A stretch of DNA of 64,000 bases from Octopus sinensis (lineage: Eukaryota), in NCBI RefSeq assembly GCF_006345805.1, contig NC_043022.1, forward strand, positions 2,046,001 to 2,110,000. Reading direction: 5' to 3'. Every line of letters starts with the position of its first letter. The first letter of the stretch is position 1. The notes beneath the pieces were generated by a model that had not been told where the DNA came from, searched no databases, and saw only the letters and a list, made by a program, of their open reading frames with translations. The position numbers and the translations under genes were made by a program. Shown piece by piece: positions 12,482-24,034 of the stretch.

Positions 12482-12885
12482 AGGCGCAGGAGTGGCTGTG
12501 TGGTAAGTAGCTTGCTAACCAACCACATGGTTCCAAGTTCAGTCCCACTGCGTGGCACCTTGGGCAAGTGTCTTCTGCTATAGCCCCGGGCCGACCAATG
12601 CCTTGTGAGTGGATTTGGTAGATGGAAACTGAAAGAAGCCTGTCGTATATCTGTATATATATATGTGTTTGTGTGTCTGTGTTTGTCCCCCTAGCATTGC
12701 TTGACAACCGATGCTGGTGTGTTTACGTCCCCGCCACTTAGCAGTTCAGCAAAAGAGACTGATAGAATAAGTACTGGGCTTACAAAGAATAAGTCCTGGG
12801 GTCGATTTGCTCGACTAAAAGCAGTGCTCCAGCATGGCCGCAGTCAAATGACTGAAACAAGTAAAAGAGTAAAAGAGTAAAGAGA
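12482..12885 (+). mobile_element. SINE family A, full length
   Basis: A box TGGCTGTGTGG, B box-like GTTCAGTCCC, CCTTGGGCAAGT core, internal (TA)(TG) tract, (GTAAAAGA)n tail. Confidence 0.92.
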
Positions 12886-13802
12886 GATGCATGATGATTG
12901 CCTCATCTTCTCAGAAGATACTCGTCTCACATTCAGCTCTTATCGTCCTGATCTATTTTCACATCCTCCCCCACCAATGTGTGCGGATATGACATTTGCC
13001 ATCGGACTTTACAAAATACAAAACAGACCAGGAAATGAAGAGATAACAAAGCATGTGTGCGTCCTTGGATTTAAGTGTCAAAAGCTTCTACAACACTTCT
13101 GCCACTTCTACAACACTTCTGCAGGAAGTTTCAGTGACAAGCATTGCAAGGTGACCGGTTCTATTATGGCTGCAAGTTTTATGCCAGAGAATCTCTCTCC
13201 TAGAAGAGCTGCCTTCCTTATGGCTTTATCAAAAAGAATGGGAGCCTCCTCTACTCCTGGGAAATCTATTGGATCCTGACACATACTACCATCCTGGGCC
13301 AGAACAGACCTGGGAGTGATGATATATAAGAGGTAACTCCTCCCACAACTCCAAAACACCTGAACTGGAAGCTCACCACCAGATCCAGTTTAATGCTATG
13401 CCCAGGACAAAATACATACATACAAACAAAAATACTCTGTTGTTGATGCTGGAATCTCAATGAAGGAGCCTTGGATCTAGGTTAGAAACCGGACCTTTCT
13501 CTATTGGCAAAAAATCTTGAAATAAAACTGAACAATGACATACATACATGCATACCTATAAAATTAGGGTTAGGGTAAGGGTATATATTAGAGGGCATAA
13601 AAACAAAGCATATGATAGATAGAGACAATAAGTGCTCAGATTGCACCAAGTACTTAAACTCCAGTGTTGGACAAAGGGACATGGAATCAGTGCAAATACA
13701 CACACACACACACACATACACGCACAAGGTACATGCATGTTTGGCAGTGAGAGTGCCAAAGATCATCCAGTTGTCCTTAAGGGTGACTTGTGCAATGAAT
13801 TT

Positions 13803-14195
13803 GTGCCAGCCTCGCCTGGCCCCCGTGCTCGTGACACGTAAAAGCACCATCCGTTCGTGGCCGTTTGCCAGCTCTGTCTGGCCCCCGTGTTGGTGGCACG
13901 TAAAAGCACCATCTGTTTGTGTCCATTGCCAGCCTCGCCTGGCCCGCGTGCCGGTGACACGTAAAAGCACCATCCATTCGTGGCTGTTTGCCAGCTCTGT
14001 CTGGCACCTGTGTGGGTGTCACGTAAAAAGCACCCACTACACTCACGGAGTGGTTGGCGTTAGGAAGGGCATCCAGCCGTAGAAACACTGCCAGATCTGA
14101 CTGGGCCTGACGAAGCCTTCCAGCTTCACAGACCCCAGTTGAACCGTCCAACCCATGCTAGCATGGAAAGCGGGCGCTAAATGATGATGATGATG
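13803..14195 (+). mobile_element. 5'-truncated 3' end of the RTE LINE family
   Basis: Matches 3060-3375 including tandem gccagc..tggc units and the (GAT)n tail. Confidence 0.9.
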
Positions 14196-15035
14196 AAGAA
14201 GAAATGTGCACCGTCCACCTCACTCTCTCTCATCCGTGAGCATCATCCATCTTCAATCTAGTGGCAAGAGTCCAGATCCAGGTGAGAGGGGATGGAGATT
14301 GATGCAGTGGACGACCAAGATGTCTTACTAGCCACTTCTTGCTCTCTGCATTCCAAAGTACTTCGCTGTCAATGCCTTTCGATCCATTAAACCAGGGAGG
14401 TTCCTTTTGCAGAGCTTGCCGGGTCCAGCCCTTTTATATGCATGGGTAGGCCGGCTCTGATATGTTAATTAACTCATAATTGGGGTCCTGACAGAGTAGA
14501 TCAGGGGGCAATAAGGGCTGAGGTGATCCCAAAACCCTGGAACTCTCAAACCAAGTCCCAGCTACTAGATGCAGTCTAAAGTCATACCCTGGACATGCAT
14601 ACATACATGTGTGTGTGTGTTTGTGCATGCATGTGTATGTGTGTATGTATGTATGCGTGTCTCAGGTCATACATGCATGTGTGTGTATGTGTTTGTGCAT
14701 GTGTGTGTGTATGCATGTGTATGTGTGCGTGTCTCAGGTCATACATACATGTGTGTGTATGTGTATGTGTGCACATAAGTGTGTGTGTGTGTGCATTGAT
14801 AGAACGAATGATGATAATGTAGTCCCAATGATTCTGTGTAGAATCTTTTTAATTATGCAACTATTTTAAACACACTTTTAACACATAAAGCATGATGAGC
14901 CATGATCGTGGCCACTGGGCACAGGTCAACAGGCCACGATTATGGCCCAGACAGATGCATTTAATTTATAGGCATTTGTTGGGGTCTAATGTCACTCAAA
15001 CACTCCAATACCCCCCAGAATGCAAGAGGACTGGA

Positions 15036-15420
15036 TGGAAGCACTCCGTCGGTTACGACGATGAGGGTTCTGGTTGATCCGAATCAACGGAACAGCCTGC
15101 TCGTGAAATTAACGTGTAAGTGGCTGAGCACTCCACAGACACGTGTACCCTTAACATAGTTCTCGGGGATATTCAGCGTGACACAGAGAGTGACAAGGCC
15201 GGCCCTTTGAAATACAGGTACAACAGAAACAGGAAGTAAGAGAGAGAGAGAGTTGTGGTGAAAGAGTACAGCAGGGATCATCACCATCCCCTGCCGGAGC
15301 CTCATGGAGCTTTAGGTGTTTTCGCTCAATAAACACTCACAACGCCCGGTCTGGGAATCGAAACAGCGATCCTATGACCGCGAGTCTGCTGCCCTAACCA
15401 CTGGGCCATTGCACCTCCAC
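15036..15420 (-). mobile_element. SINE family D with TSD
   Basis: tRNA-like head; TSD GCAAGAGGACT at 15022-15032 and 15421-15431. Confidence 0.92.
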
Positions 15421-16198
15421 GCAAGAGGACTAATAGTTCAACTAATGACTTTTCAGATGATGTAAAACTTGCCACCATTAAATACTAAGAAGATATTTTA
15501 ACTACTTTTTGGTTTTATGTGTGCACGGTAGTCTCCTTTCCATAAAATGTGCTCTGCACTCCATGCTATGTAAGTGCAAATCCCAGCGCTTTGTGGGTTA
15601 ATAAGCCACAGACATAGCATCCATATTTGTTACACCGAATGCTCATCATTCTATGAAAAGAAATAAGAACTTGATACACAAACCGTTTGAACTTAAATCC
15701 AACCTGGAATAATTACAGGAAGGCAATTTGTCTTTTGCTCTAACGACTCTGCTAATTCCCTATTGTCATTGTAGATTAGCTTCAGGTTAGTTCTGGTCAA
15801 ATACATTTATAATTGAAGACATTCCAGATATGATCACCCATCCCATCTTCTTGTACATCTAGAACTACTCTATCCAATGTGGCTTTCTTTATTTTTTGTT
15901 GGATGATATGGTGTGGTTTGTAGATTTGGCTGCTATTTTAGAGAGATTGAACTATCATGTTGAGCAGAAGAACTGGCCCCTAGACATGTGCCACAAAGCT
16001 CGCAAGTGTGTGGGTATAGCTCTGATATGAGAGTCAGTGCCCGTACTTAAGGGTTAAATGGCCCCTGTGCTTCAAGGTCAAGCTTGGGAGAGCAGGAGGC
16101 AAACAGAGTAAATTGTAAATAAACCAGCAGAAGACAACAAGAAACTACTGTTGTGACTTTCCTAATACATGAATCCCCCAGATTTAGGCTTGGGGATG

Positions 16199-16213
16199 AG
16201 AGAGAGAGAGAGG

Positions 16214-16292
<79 letters not shown>

Positions 16293-16300
16293 GAGAGAGA
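16199..16300. repeat. (GA)n microsatellite
   Basis: Direct inspection. Confidence 0.98.
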
Positions 16301-16926
16301 GTCCATTCTGTTGCAAGCATTTGTGTTAGGGGTCTGGCTCGAAAATACATTCCTTCTAAACACTATGAGGTCTCACCTATTGATGCAAACACGGATGTTG
16401 TCAACAGCTTGGTCTTTGAATTTTTGCGACTGACGTATTCTAAGAAATGTCAAGAAGACATTGGCTGCGAGAGCTGTCGACTGTCTAGGATCAGAGAAAA
16501 GCAATGAAAGGTATGTGGAAAGAGGTGGAAGAAATGGTTTGAATGGAATTTGGAACTGTGTAGCACATAGTTTTCTGGTTGCTTATCTGCAGTCTACGTT
16601 GCAGGTACCACGTGAAAACTTGTAGTTAATTAAAACACGAATGAGAACTTTGCAACAAAATTAAGATACGTTGTGCAAGGGTTAATGATAAGCTCTGTAA
16701 GAGTAGTGGGGAAAATAGGGGTTACGGTAGTAGTAGTGGTGGTGGTGGTACTGATGGCAATGTGTTTGATGTAGCATAGGTAATAGTAGTGTTTTGGTGG
16801 TATTAAGGCGGTAGTACTGGTGATGGTGGTGGTAATAGTGGTATTGTGATCCTGTAAACTAAGGTAACAACAAGAAAAATAGGGACAATGAGCCTCATTA
16901 TTAAAGTAAGGGTATAATCTTTTAAT

Positions 16927-17302
16927 CTTTTACTTGTTTCAGTCATTTGACTGCGGCCATGCTGGAGCACCGCCTTTAATCGAGCAACTCGACCCCGGGA
17001 CTTATTCTTTTGTAAGCCCAGTACTTATTTGCCGAACCGCTAAGTAACGGGGACATAAACACACCAGCATCGGTTGTCAAGCAATGCTAGGGGACACACA
17101 CAGACACACAAACGCATATATAATATATATATATACATATATACGACGGGCTTCTTTCAGTTTCCGTCTACCAAATCCACTCACAAGGCTTTGGTCGGCC
17201 CGAGGCTATAGTAGAAGACACTTGCCCAAGGTGCCACGCAGTGGGACTGAACCCGGAACCATGTGGTTGGTAAACAAGCTACTTACCACACAGCCACTCC
17301 TA
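16927..17302 (-). mobile_element. SINE family A, near full length
   Basis: Reverse complement of 12482-12885. Confidence 0.92.
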
Positions 17303-17453
17303 TATATACATATATACAATGGGCTTCTTTCGTATATACATATATACGACAGGTATATACATATATTATATATGTATTTTTAAAATTTTACTTGAGAGCC
17401 GTGGTCATACTGGGGTACCACCTTTCTATATATATATATATATACAAACACAC

Positions 17454-17509
<56 letters not shown>

Positions 17510-17556
17510 CACACACATATACATACATACATACATACAAGCAAACAAACAAACAT

Positions 17557-17587
<31 letters not shown>

Positions 17588-17588
<1 letters not shown>

Positions 17589-17766
17589 TACGGAGATGTA
17601 CTTGCATAGCAAGTGACCTGATCTAAGATCGTTGCTGAAACGAAAACAATTAGCAGCGTGGAAGGTGTTTATAAAATCGCTAGATTCACTTCAACATTTA
17701 AATTTAATTTGTCAAAATATTTTCGTCGCTTTGAAACCGCGACCTGTTCACTGACAAAATTCCGCA
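17588..17766 (-). mobile_element. Penelope-like pLTR/retrozyme-like repeat carrying a hammerhead-like fold
   Basis: Same repeat at 39098-39416 in inverted-pair arrangement; hammerhead fold at 17708-17758; the Penelope-like assignment is inference. Confidence 0.6.
17708..17758 (-). ncRNA. Putative minimal type-I hammerhead ribozyme, G3:C8 core variant
   Basis: UUUGUCA-GUGAACA-G-GUCGC-GGUUUCAAA-GCGAC-GAA-AAUAUU-U-UGACAAA: stem I 7 bp, stem II 5 bp, palindromic stem III. Confidence 0.65.
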
Positions 17767-17808
17767 CTGTACATATACTATATAATTATATAGTATATAC
17801 TATATATA

Positions 17809-18203
17809 TCTTTATATATAAAAGTAAGGTTGTGTGTCTGTCTCCTACGATTTAGATTCCGAACTACTCCCACATTTTGCGGTACAGTTTAACCAAAACC
17901 GGGTATCTTATAGTCGATTCATATCGAGCCCTTCTGGGTATTAGCGCGCGTCTACGATGAGTCTACGATTTAAAAAAAAATTTACCATCATTTTTTCCCA
18001 TTTTAATGCATTTTTTCGCTATTATATAAGGGAAGTAACTCTCTAAAAATGTCTACAATGAGTCAACGATTTAAAAAAAAATTACCATCATTTTTTTCCC
18101 ATTTTTAATGCATATTTTTGCTATATTTTGGCTATAACTCTCTAAAAATGCTTATATAGTTATTTCCCTTACAAACCCGAGCAACGCCGGGTGATACTGT
18201 TAG
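17809..18203 (+). mobile_element. Non-autonomous Helitron (family A)
   Basis: A|TC start; CCCG-AGCAACG-CCGGG hairpin followed by (C/T)TAG|T end. Confidence 0.85.
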
Positions 18204-18643
18204 TAGGATATATATCATATCATAGCTGCAACACACGCACATTCCATTCTACTAAAACCGTAAGTCTTTATGTAAGGGAGAGAACTCGATAAATTCTTAA
18301 TTACGCAAGGCCGGTTTATGTCCCCTTACAGTTTTTACCCCACTTCTTGCGAATATAGACTTTTTCTCCTCAGAGCAGGACAGGTTGACGGAGTCATCAG
18401 AGCGTCGTATAATAACGCCTACTAGTATTTGATCACTGTTCTTTTCGTTCTGAGTTCAAATCCCACTGTGGTCTACTTGGGTGGTGGAATTAATTCTGGT
18501 TTAACACCACTAGCAGAGTCCATTCTGTTGCAAGCACTTTTTGCTAGGTGTCTAGATCGAAGTGACATTCCTTCCTCTCCTTCGTACAAATAGCCATGTG
18601 GACTGTGCTGGACTTCTTACATAAGCGATAATGGTATATCTGT

Positions 18644-19012
18644 GGAGGCGCAATGGCCCAGTGGTTAGGGCAGCGGACTCGCGGTTTCGATTCCCAGACC
18701 GGGCGTTGTGAGTGTTTATTGAGCAAAAACACCTAAAAGCTCCACGAGGCTCCGGCAGGGGATGGTGGTGATCCCTGCTGTACTCTTTCACCACAACTTT
18801 CTCTCACTCTTACTTCCTGTTTCTGTTGTACCTGTATTTCAAGGGGCCGGCCTTGTCACTCTCTGTGTCACGCTGAATATCCCCGAGAACTACGTTAAGG
18901 GTGCACGTGTCTGTGGAGTGCTCAGCCACTTACACGATAATTTCACGAGCTGGCTGTTCCGTTGATCGGATCAACCGGAACCCTCGTCGTCGTAACCGAC
19001 GGAGTGCTTCCA
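18644..19012 (+). mobile_element. SINE family D
   Basis: GGAGGCGCAATGGCCCAGTGGTTAGGG head; matches 15036-15420. Confidence 0.92.
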
Positions 19013-19039
19013 TATATATATATGTATAGCTTAGTTATC

Positions 19040-19172
19040 ATTAAGCTAGTTTTAAGAACATAAATTGTGACTATAGTTTGGTGGAATATTTTAATTCAGA
19101 ACTTATGAAAACAAGACATTTGTACTACAGAGCCAGAGGCGGGTTTAGCCAGGTTGGTATCAAAAAGGTTAA
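19040..19172. mobile_element. piggyBac-like MITE end
   Basis: Ends GGTATCAAAAAGG-TTAA; the other end is not found. Confidence 0.45.
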
Positions 19173-19465
19173 TTTGCAGATTTTGGTTCACATAGTTGTT
19201 TGACTTGTTAGAAATAGCAGCCAAATCTTGTGCAAATTGAGGACAAATAAGAACTAAAAAAAACCCCCAAAAACTGCAACCCTCTGCCAAGCTATGTGGA
19301 GCCAGTGTGACAGAGGAGGCTTATCAAACTGGCATGGTCTTCAGCTCAAATTCACAGCCTGAACATCTGACCATGTTTGGAGGAGGGAACATGCTAAAGC
19401 CCTCATCCTGCAGTGGACTGCACACAGGCAATCCAATCCAATCATTTCTTTCATTTATAACCTGA

Positions 19466-19825
19466 CTAGCAGTATCGCCCGGCGTTGCTCGGGTTTGTAA
19501 GGGAAATAACTATAAAGCATTTTTAGAGAGTTATAGCCAAAGAATAGCAAAAAAATGAAGGTAAATTTTTTTTAGAGTTAAAAAGGTCGAGTTGCGTCCC
19601 CTAGACAGTCAGTGGTTTGTGTTTCTGATTCTCGACCCCATGTCGAATTTATCAATTTTTTTCAAAACTGGGGGAACTTTTCAAAATTTTCGCTGCGTTA
19701 GTTTTGAATTATGACATTGGGCTATGTGTGTGTCAAGTTTCATCAGAATCGGTTGAAAGCCGTGGTCAGGGTGAGGGTACAACCTGACAGACACACAGAC
19801 AAACTGCCGTTTATATAGAGGGAGA
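19466..19825 (-). mobile_element. Non-autonomous Helitron, family A 3' end with a different 5'/internal part
   Basis: actagcagtatcgcccggcgttgctcggg terminus; ends tatatagagggagat. Confidence 0.8.
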
Positions 19826-19850
19826 TTCTTTCATGATTTTACCATTAAAC

Positions 19851-20095
19851 TCATCATCATCATTGTTTAGCATCCGCTTTCCTTGCTAGCATGGGTTGCA
19901 CAGTTTGACATGGATTGAACTAGCTGGGAGCTGTCCAGGCTCCAATTGTCTGTCGAGGCATGGTTTCTATGGCTGGATGCCCTTCCTGATGCCAAACGCT
20001 TAACAGAGTGTGCTGGGTGCTTTTTCACGCGCCACCAGCATGGGTGTGTTTATGCAGCACCTACATTGGCGTTTTTTAATGGCACCAGCACCTGA
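19851..20095 (-). mobile_element. Diverged RTE LINE 3' end
   Basis: (CAT)n then ttgctagcatgggtt and ggatgcccttcct. Confidence 0.75.
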
Positions 20096-20276
20096 AAGAA
20101 CCAGCTTGTATGTGTGGAAGACAGTCATTTTACTTAGCTTGATGTGTCTTATATCAAGTACAGCAAATCACCTCATCTCCCAGTCCCTTGTCATTTCCTG
20201 AATGAGGCCCAGCATCTGAAGATCCTTTCTAAACCACTTCATTCCACAAATATTAATTTGCAAGTAACACTGTAGC

Positions 20277-20400
20277 TTTAGCCCTTTTGTATTTATACTG
20301 GTCATATCCGGCCCAAATATTCTGTCTGTTTTATGTTCAGACCAGCCAGATCAGACCTCTCATACTTTACCCTACCATGTCATTCTAAAAATAAACAATC
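20277..20400 (-). mobile_element. Partial copy of the piggyBac-like MITE at 32041
   Basis: Reverse similarity to 32140-32267. Confidence 0.65.
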
Positions 20401-20411
20401 AGGTCTATTTT

Positions 20412-20990
20412 AGGTGCAAGAGTGGCTCTGTGGTAAGTAGCTTGCTTACCAACCACATGGTTCCAGGTTCAGTCCCACTGCATGGCAGTGTCTTCTACTA
20501 TAGCCTCAGGCCGACCAAAGCCTTGAGAGTGGATTTGGTAGACGGAAACTGAAAGAAGCCCGTTGTATATGTGTGTGTGTGTGTGTGTGTTTGTGGGTCT
20601 GTGTTTGTCCCCCCAACATCACTTGACAACCGATGTGTTTACATCCCCGTAACTTATCAAGTTGATCAATGTATGTTGAGAGACCCCACCTTCGGTCATA
20701 ACTGACTGTGGGATTGCCCCTAGAAAGTTACCCTCCAAGGCACAAGTCTGGGCAAGTTTGTTTATGGAAGACCAGCAGTTGCCCATGCATACCGGCCTCC
20801 CCTCTCCATGCCACCAGTGTTATCCAAGCGAAAGTCAAAGGGGCCGATACAGCTTGGCACCTGTGACGTTGCAACTCATTTCTACAGATGAGTGAACTGG
20901 AGCAACGTGAAATAAAGTGTCTTGCTCAAGAACACAATACGCAGCCAGGTCCGGGATTCGAACTCACAACCTCACGATCATAAGATCGAC
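20412..20990. mobile_element. SINE A (+, 20412-20655) followed by SINE C (-, 20680-20990)
   Basis: Similarity to other copies in the window. Confidence 0.82.
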
Positions 20991-21117
20991 GTATGTCAAA
21001 GTTGTAGATTTATCCAAACTGATCTCAACAGCTGTTCATATTTGAAGCTATGTCATTCATCAGTATTTGATGTTATGTACAAGACATAGGTGGCTTTCTC
21101 ACTTAGCCAGTGAGGTG

Positions 21118-21440
21118 ACATCATCATTATCATCATTGTTTAACGTCTGCTTTCCATGCTGGCATGGGTTGGATGGTTTGACTGAGGACTGGCAAGCCAG
21201 AAGGCTGTACCAGGCTCCAATCTGATCTAGCAAGGTCTCTAATGCAAACCACTCCGAGAGTGTAGTGGATGCTTTTTATGTGCCACCGGCATGAGGGCCA
21301 GTCAGGCAGCACTGGCATCGATCATGCTCACATGGTGCTTTTTATGTGCCACCGGCATGAGAGCCAGTAAGGTGGCACCGGAAATAACCATGCTTAAATG
21401 GCGCTTTTTACATGCCACTGGCATGGGTGCCAATCAGGTG
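21118..21440 (-). mobile_element. Diverged RTE LINE 3' end
   Basis: catcatcattgtttaacgtctgctttccatgctggcatgggttgg and tandem atgtgccaccggca units. Confidence 0.78.
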
Positions 21441-21552
21441 TACTGGCATTAGACACAACAATGACTTCACTTGACTCAACAGGTCTTCACAAGCACAGTT
21501 CATTGGCCAATAATTGAAGTGTGCTCTTAAATGTGCCAGTTATGCTATGAGG

Positions 21553-21770
21553 GGAAATCGTCGAATCACCCATCTGTGAGTTATCAGAGAATGTGCAGAT
21601 TAGCTACAGTTCAGTTCATTCTATTATCACTGAAGATTTGGGTATGAGACGTGTGTCTACTAAGTTTCTGCTAAAACTGCTTTCAGCTGACCAAAAAGAC
21701 ACTCAGATTTCAGTTGCACAAGATCTCCTTGATTGTGTTGAGGACAATGAAAACGTTTTGAAAACTTTGT
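21553..21770 (+). mobile_element. mariner transposase N-terminal fragment
   Basis: NRRITICELSENVQISYSSVHSIITEDLGMRRVSTKFLLKLL (HTH plus linker). Confidence 0.85.
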
Positions 21771-22049
21771 GTAGGCCTCTGAGCAGGTACCACCAAGCTT
21801 TTAGCAAAATTTGATGCAGATTCTCTGCTCAACTTTCTGTCATGGCCAATGCGACAATCACACACTACACACCTTCCTTCCAAACAGCGGAAGTGAGCTA
21901 GAATGTTAAAACTTAGTGCATAGGCACAGCAGAATTCATAGTCAGTCTGTGCCAAGTGTCTTCACTCTGGGTGCTTTATCTTCTTTACTGTAGCAACTGT
22001 CTGGATACTTATTGATCAGCCCCTGTATGTATATATATATATATATATA

Positions 22050-22558
22050 TCAAATTTGAGGATAAAATTCTTTTCGAAAAAAAATATTTTCTCGAAAAAA
22101 ATGTTATCAATGGCCAGCATATTAAAAAATACCTTTAACGTTTAAATTTATAAACAATTCATAAATGAGGGCAAAGGAAAAAAAATTCTAATGCCAAATA
22201 TGCCGAAAAATTGGACATATTGTCCATTAACCATATAATTTTTTCACAATACGCACGCTACTCGAAAAAAGGTCGACAGAAATTTCTAAAAAATTCCATT
22301 ATTACCATATCGGACCAATTTCAGAGTTAGTTAGCTACTAAGAGCCCTTTCTTCGTCAGTAATACATGTGGCAAAAGAAATAAATGAGATACTTACTCAT
22401 ACCCATATGGTAATAATGGAATTTTTAGAAATTTCTGTCGACTTTTTCGAGAGTAGCGTGCGGTATTGTGAAAAAATTATATGGTATAAGGACAATATGT
22501 CAAATTTCCGGCATATTTGGCATTAGAATTTTTTTTCCTTGCCCTCATTTATGAATTT
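22050..22558. mobile_element. Penelope-like pLTR with an ~150-bp inverted duplication and a hammerhead-like spacer
   Basis: Arms about 22158-22310 and 22405-22558 are reverse complements; the spacer has CTGACGA...GAAA..GTC on the minus strand. Confidence 0.6.
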
Positions 22559-22563
22559 ATATA

Positions 22564-22602
<39 letters not shown>

Positions 22603-23097
22603 TATATATAAATACTCACACATATATAATCATAATTTTTATGTTCTCTTTTACATGCTTGCATGAGTCAGATATGAGGTAGACAGCCCAAACCCTGATG
22701 CCTTTCCTGTTACTGACTGTCACCTGTTTCCAACCAAGCTAGCTAATATTTGCCCCATGGCCAGACAACTTTTCATCGAAGATTGGAAACGGAGGACACT
22801 GCTTGAATGGTGGTGCCACAACTCTTACACGACAGTTTTGAATCAGTAAATCCACTCACAAGGTTCTTGTTGGCCTTAGGTTGTAATAGGGGCTGCCTAT
22901 CTGAAGTGTCACGCAGTGGATCTGAACCCCAAACCATCCAGTTGGTAAGCAAACTTCTTAATCACATGACCATACCTCCACCTAGTTCCCAATACCAAAA
23001 TGCAATACTAATTGCTTTTATCTTTTGTTGTTGTGTACAACCCTACATTTGTACCATTCTTGTCTCAACAGCAGAAAGACATGAGCTAATCATGGAA

Positions 23098-23290
23098 TAA
23101 AGATTATTTGTGAACATAACATGGCAGTCCTGGTTTAGGACGAATGTTGCTGTAATTTAGCCCCAGGAGACATCATCTTCAGCTCGCTATACAACATGAT
23201 CTGTGTCCTTATACTTTTGAACAAGGGCTAAATTACAGCAACATTCGTCCTAAACCAGGACTGCCATGTTATACTGGCAAATAATCTTTA
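23098..23290. repeat. Foldback element with ~66-bp inverted arms
   Basis: ataacatggcagtcctggtttaggacgaatgttgctgtaatttagccc and its reverse complement. Confidence 0.88.
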
Positions 23291-24034
23291 CTCTAAAGTA
23301 CTGTTGCTGAATATCTCTCGTTGTGAGATTTACAAATAGTAATTTTCTAATGAGCCAATCATAGCAAGGAAAGAGACTTGGTGCAAAAGTTCAGTCGCTA
23401 TTCCACCATATGGTTGCAAACCAATTTTTTCCAATCTGGAAAGCTCCATTGCCAAACACACACACACATACACACAGGTATATGATAAACTTCTTTCAGT
23501 TTCCATCTATTAATCCACCCACAAGGGTTTGGTCAGCCAAGCGCTATATGAATATATATATATATAAGAAAGAGAGATGGCAAAGGAATAAATGATTATC
23601 TTATGCATTTCATTAGCTTACAGTTGTTTCTGCTCTAAGATGCAGCAGACTCATAGTTGAGTGCCTAATAACACCTTGTAACTTCATCAGAGGCTTGAAT
23701 ATGAGGTGCAATTTATTTGGGAAAAAAATTACATTTGTAGCTATATAGAGAATGACATTACACAGGGTATTTGGGCTAAATTTTATGATTTTTTTTTTAA
23801 TGTCACTTTTTTGCCAGAACAACTTGATGTATTGGGGAATAGTTAAGAGTGTTGGAAAGTATAAAGATTAAAGATGTTGTGGAGAAAAAGCTAGCTGACA
23901 TGGAGGACTGGAAGGCATCTGGATTTTGGAAAAGAGTTATTGTGTCACGATAATTTGTGTCAGGTATCAAACTGGCAGCATCATGATTGCTATTCAATGC
24001 TCTGTTAAGTATACAGGAAAGTAATTAAAACATG

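Noticed and set aside
12482-12560. tRNA genes at SINE heads
   Set aside because: Only A/B boxes are retained; no complete cloverleaf, and each continues into a SINE body
14431-14438. TATAAAAG (minus strand) as a promoter
   Set aside because: A single motif inside an old dispersed repeat (related piece at 13300-13415); no other support
18350-18405. Minus-strand CTGATGA...GAAAAAGTC as a hammerhead
   Set aside because: No stem I pairing, a mismatch in stem III and a pyrimidine at 10.1; probably chance
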